Origin: Haliotis rufescens
Lineage: Eukaryota
Direction: 5' to 3'
Length of the DNA stretch: 64,000 nt
Assembly (NCBI RefSeq): GCF_023055435.1
Contig: NW_025963779.1
Coordinates: 89,590,001 to 89,654,000, forward strand
Notes under the pieces: generated by a model
What the model was told of the DNA's origin: nothing
The model's input: the letters and a program-made list of their open reading frames with translations, nothing else
Databases searched by the model: none
Program-made: the position numbers and the translations under genes
In this document: positions 63,193 through 64,000 of the stretch, piece after piece
Layout: each line of letters starts with the position of its first letter
Numbering within the stretch: the first letter of the stretch is position 1

Positions 63193-64000
63193 AAGTCAGT
63201 ATTAAATATGTTCATATTCACCCCTTCATTTAATTTCGAGCTGCGGTAGGCATAACCCTTAAGATGCGTATGTTGTACATGGTAAATATTTTATGTTCGT
63301 TTGAGCGAAGCGAATTAGAACATAAAAGAATTTATTATGGGTTAAATACGGTAAGAGTTTGCCTGCCGCAGCCAGGTACATTGCACGTGAATGTGGTGTC
63401 ACGAAGTCACGTGAGGAAGGAGACGTGTAGTGATCACGGACAGTGTTGAACCATTCGAGGTCTTCGCATTACACAGGCGGGCATATTTTACATCTTGCAA
63501 AATATTGCCTCAAGAATTTGAGGTTGCGAAGTATTGGAGTGTTTAGCCGTTGGGCAAAGTTGAGCCGTTGGGCAAAGTTGAGCCGCTGGGCAAAATTGAG
63601 CCGTAGGGCAGATCCTTGTATTTGAGTGGTACGATGTGTTTGGTATGGTATGTAAGGTATGTGGGAAGTTGCTGGTCAAGTTACAGTTGGGATCCAAAAC
63701 TGAGCCAAGGAAAACAGAAGAAACAGCAGTCACAGATGAAGATAAGTATATCATGGTTATAATTTCAAACTCTCTGAATAACAACTGCGAATCTTGTTAC
63801 ATCACGTTTGCTTTGGTCACAGTTTTAGTTGGGAATTGTATATTTCAGGTAACTGAAAACGGAGGCGGTTTTGACAGATTCCTGGATTCGACTTGAAACA
63901 ATTTTTACGAGTTTGTCGAGTGTATTTATTTGTGATTGTTAATAAACCTGCTCGCTTGTCTGCTGCGGTAGGCATAACCCTTAAGATGCGTATGTTGTAC

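Larger units (their letters stand above)
58497..64000 (+). mobile_element. PAT-like DIRS-order (tyrosine recombinase) retrotransposon with split direct repeats, degenerate; B2 cut by window end
   Basis: A1 (58497-~59164), gag, RT/RH/MT, YR, B1 (63240-~63324), A2 (63325-~63915), B2 (63962-end). Confidence 0.92.

Overview
Eukaryotic (animal) genomic DNA, not prokaryotic. The repeat repertoire suggests a mollusc, possibly abalone; that is an inference. The window holds two complete spliced genes arranged head-to-head. GBA2 (non-lysosomal glucosylceramidase, GH116) lies on the minus strand with 17 coding exons from 33510 to 1884, about 874 aa. RGP1 (RAB6A-GEF partner) lies on the plus strand with 8 coding exons from 35810 to 43793, about 386 aa. 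All exons were reconstructed by hand and have GT-AG boundaries with consistent phases. Downstream are decayed LINEs (L2/CR1-like, R4-like), a two-domain ubiquitin-like gene broken by one in-frame TAA, a single-exon ankyrin ORF, a Tc1 deletion derivative, a 26-bp satellite, and a near-complete PAT-like DIRS tyrosine-recombinase retrotransposon (58497 to window end). The most unusual signal is in the GBA2 introns. About 10 kb of unrelated minisatellites sit mostly within 100 nt of exons, and several are tandem amplifications of the neighbouring splice site itself. Exon 14 is sandwiched between about 33 copies of its acceptor and about 34 copies of its donor, and intron 8 is almost entirely copies of the exon-8 end plus donor. 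Most long ORFs in the supplied track are artefacts of these arrays.
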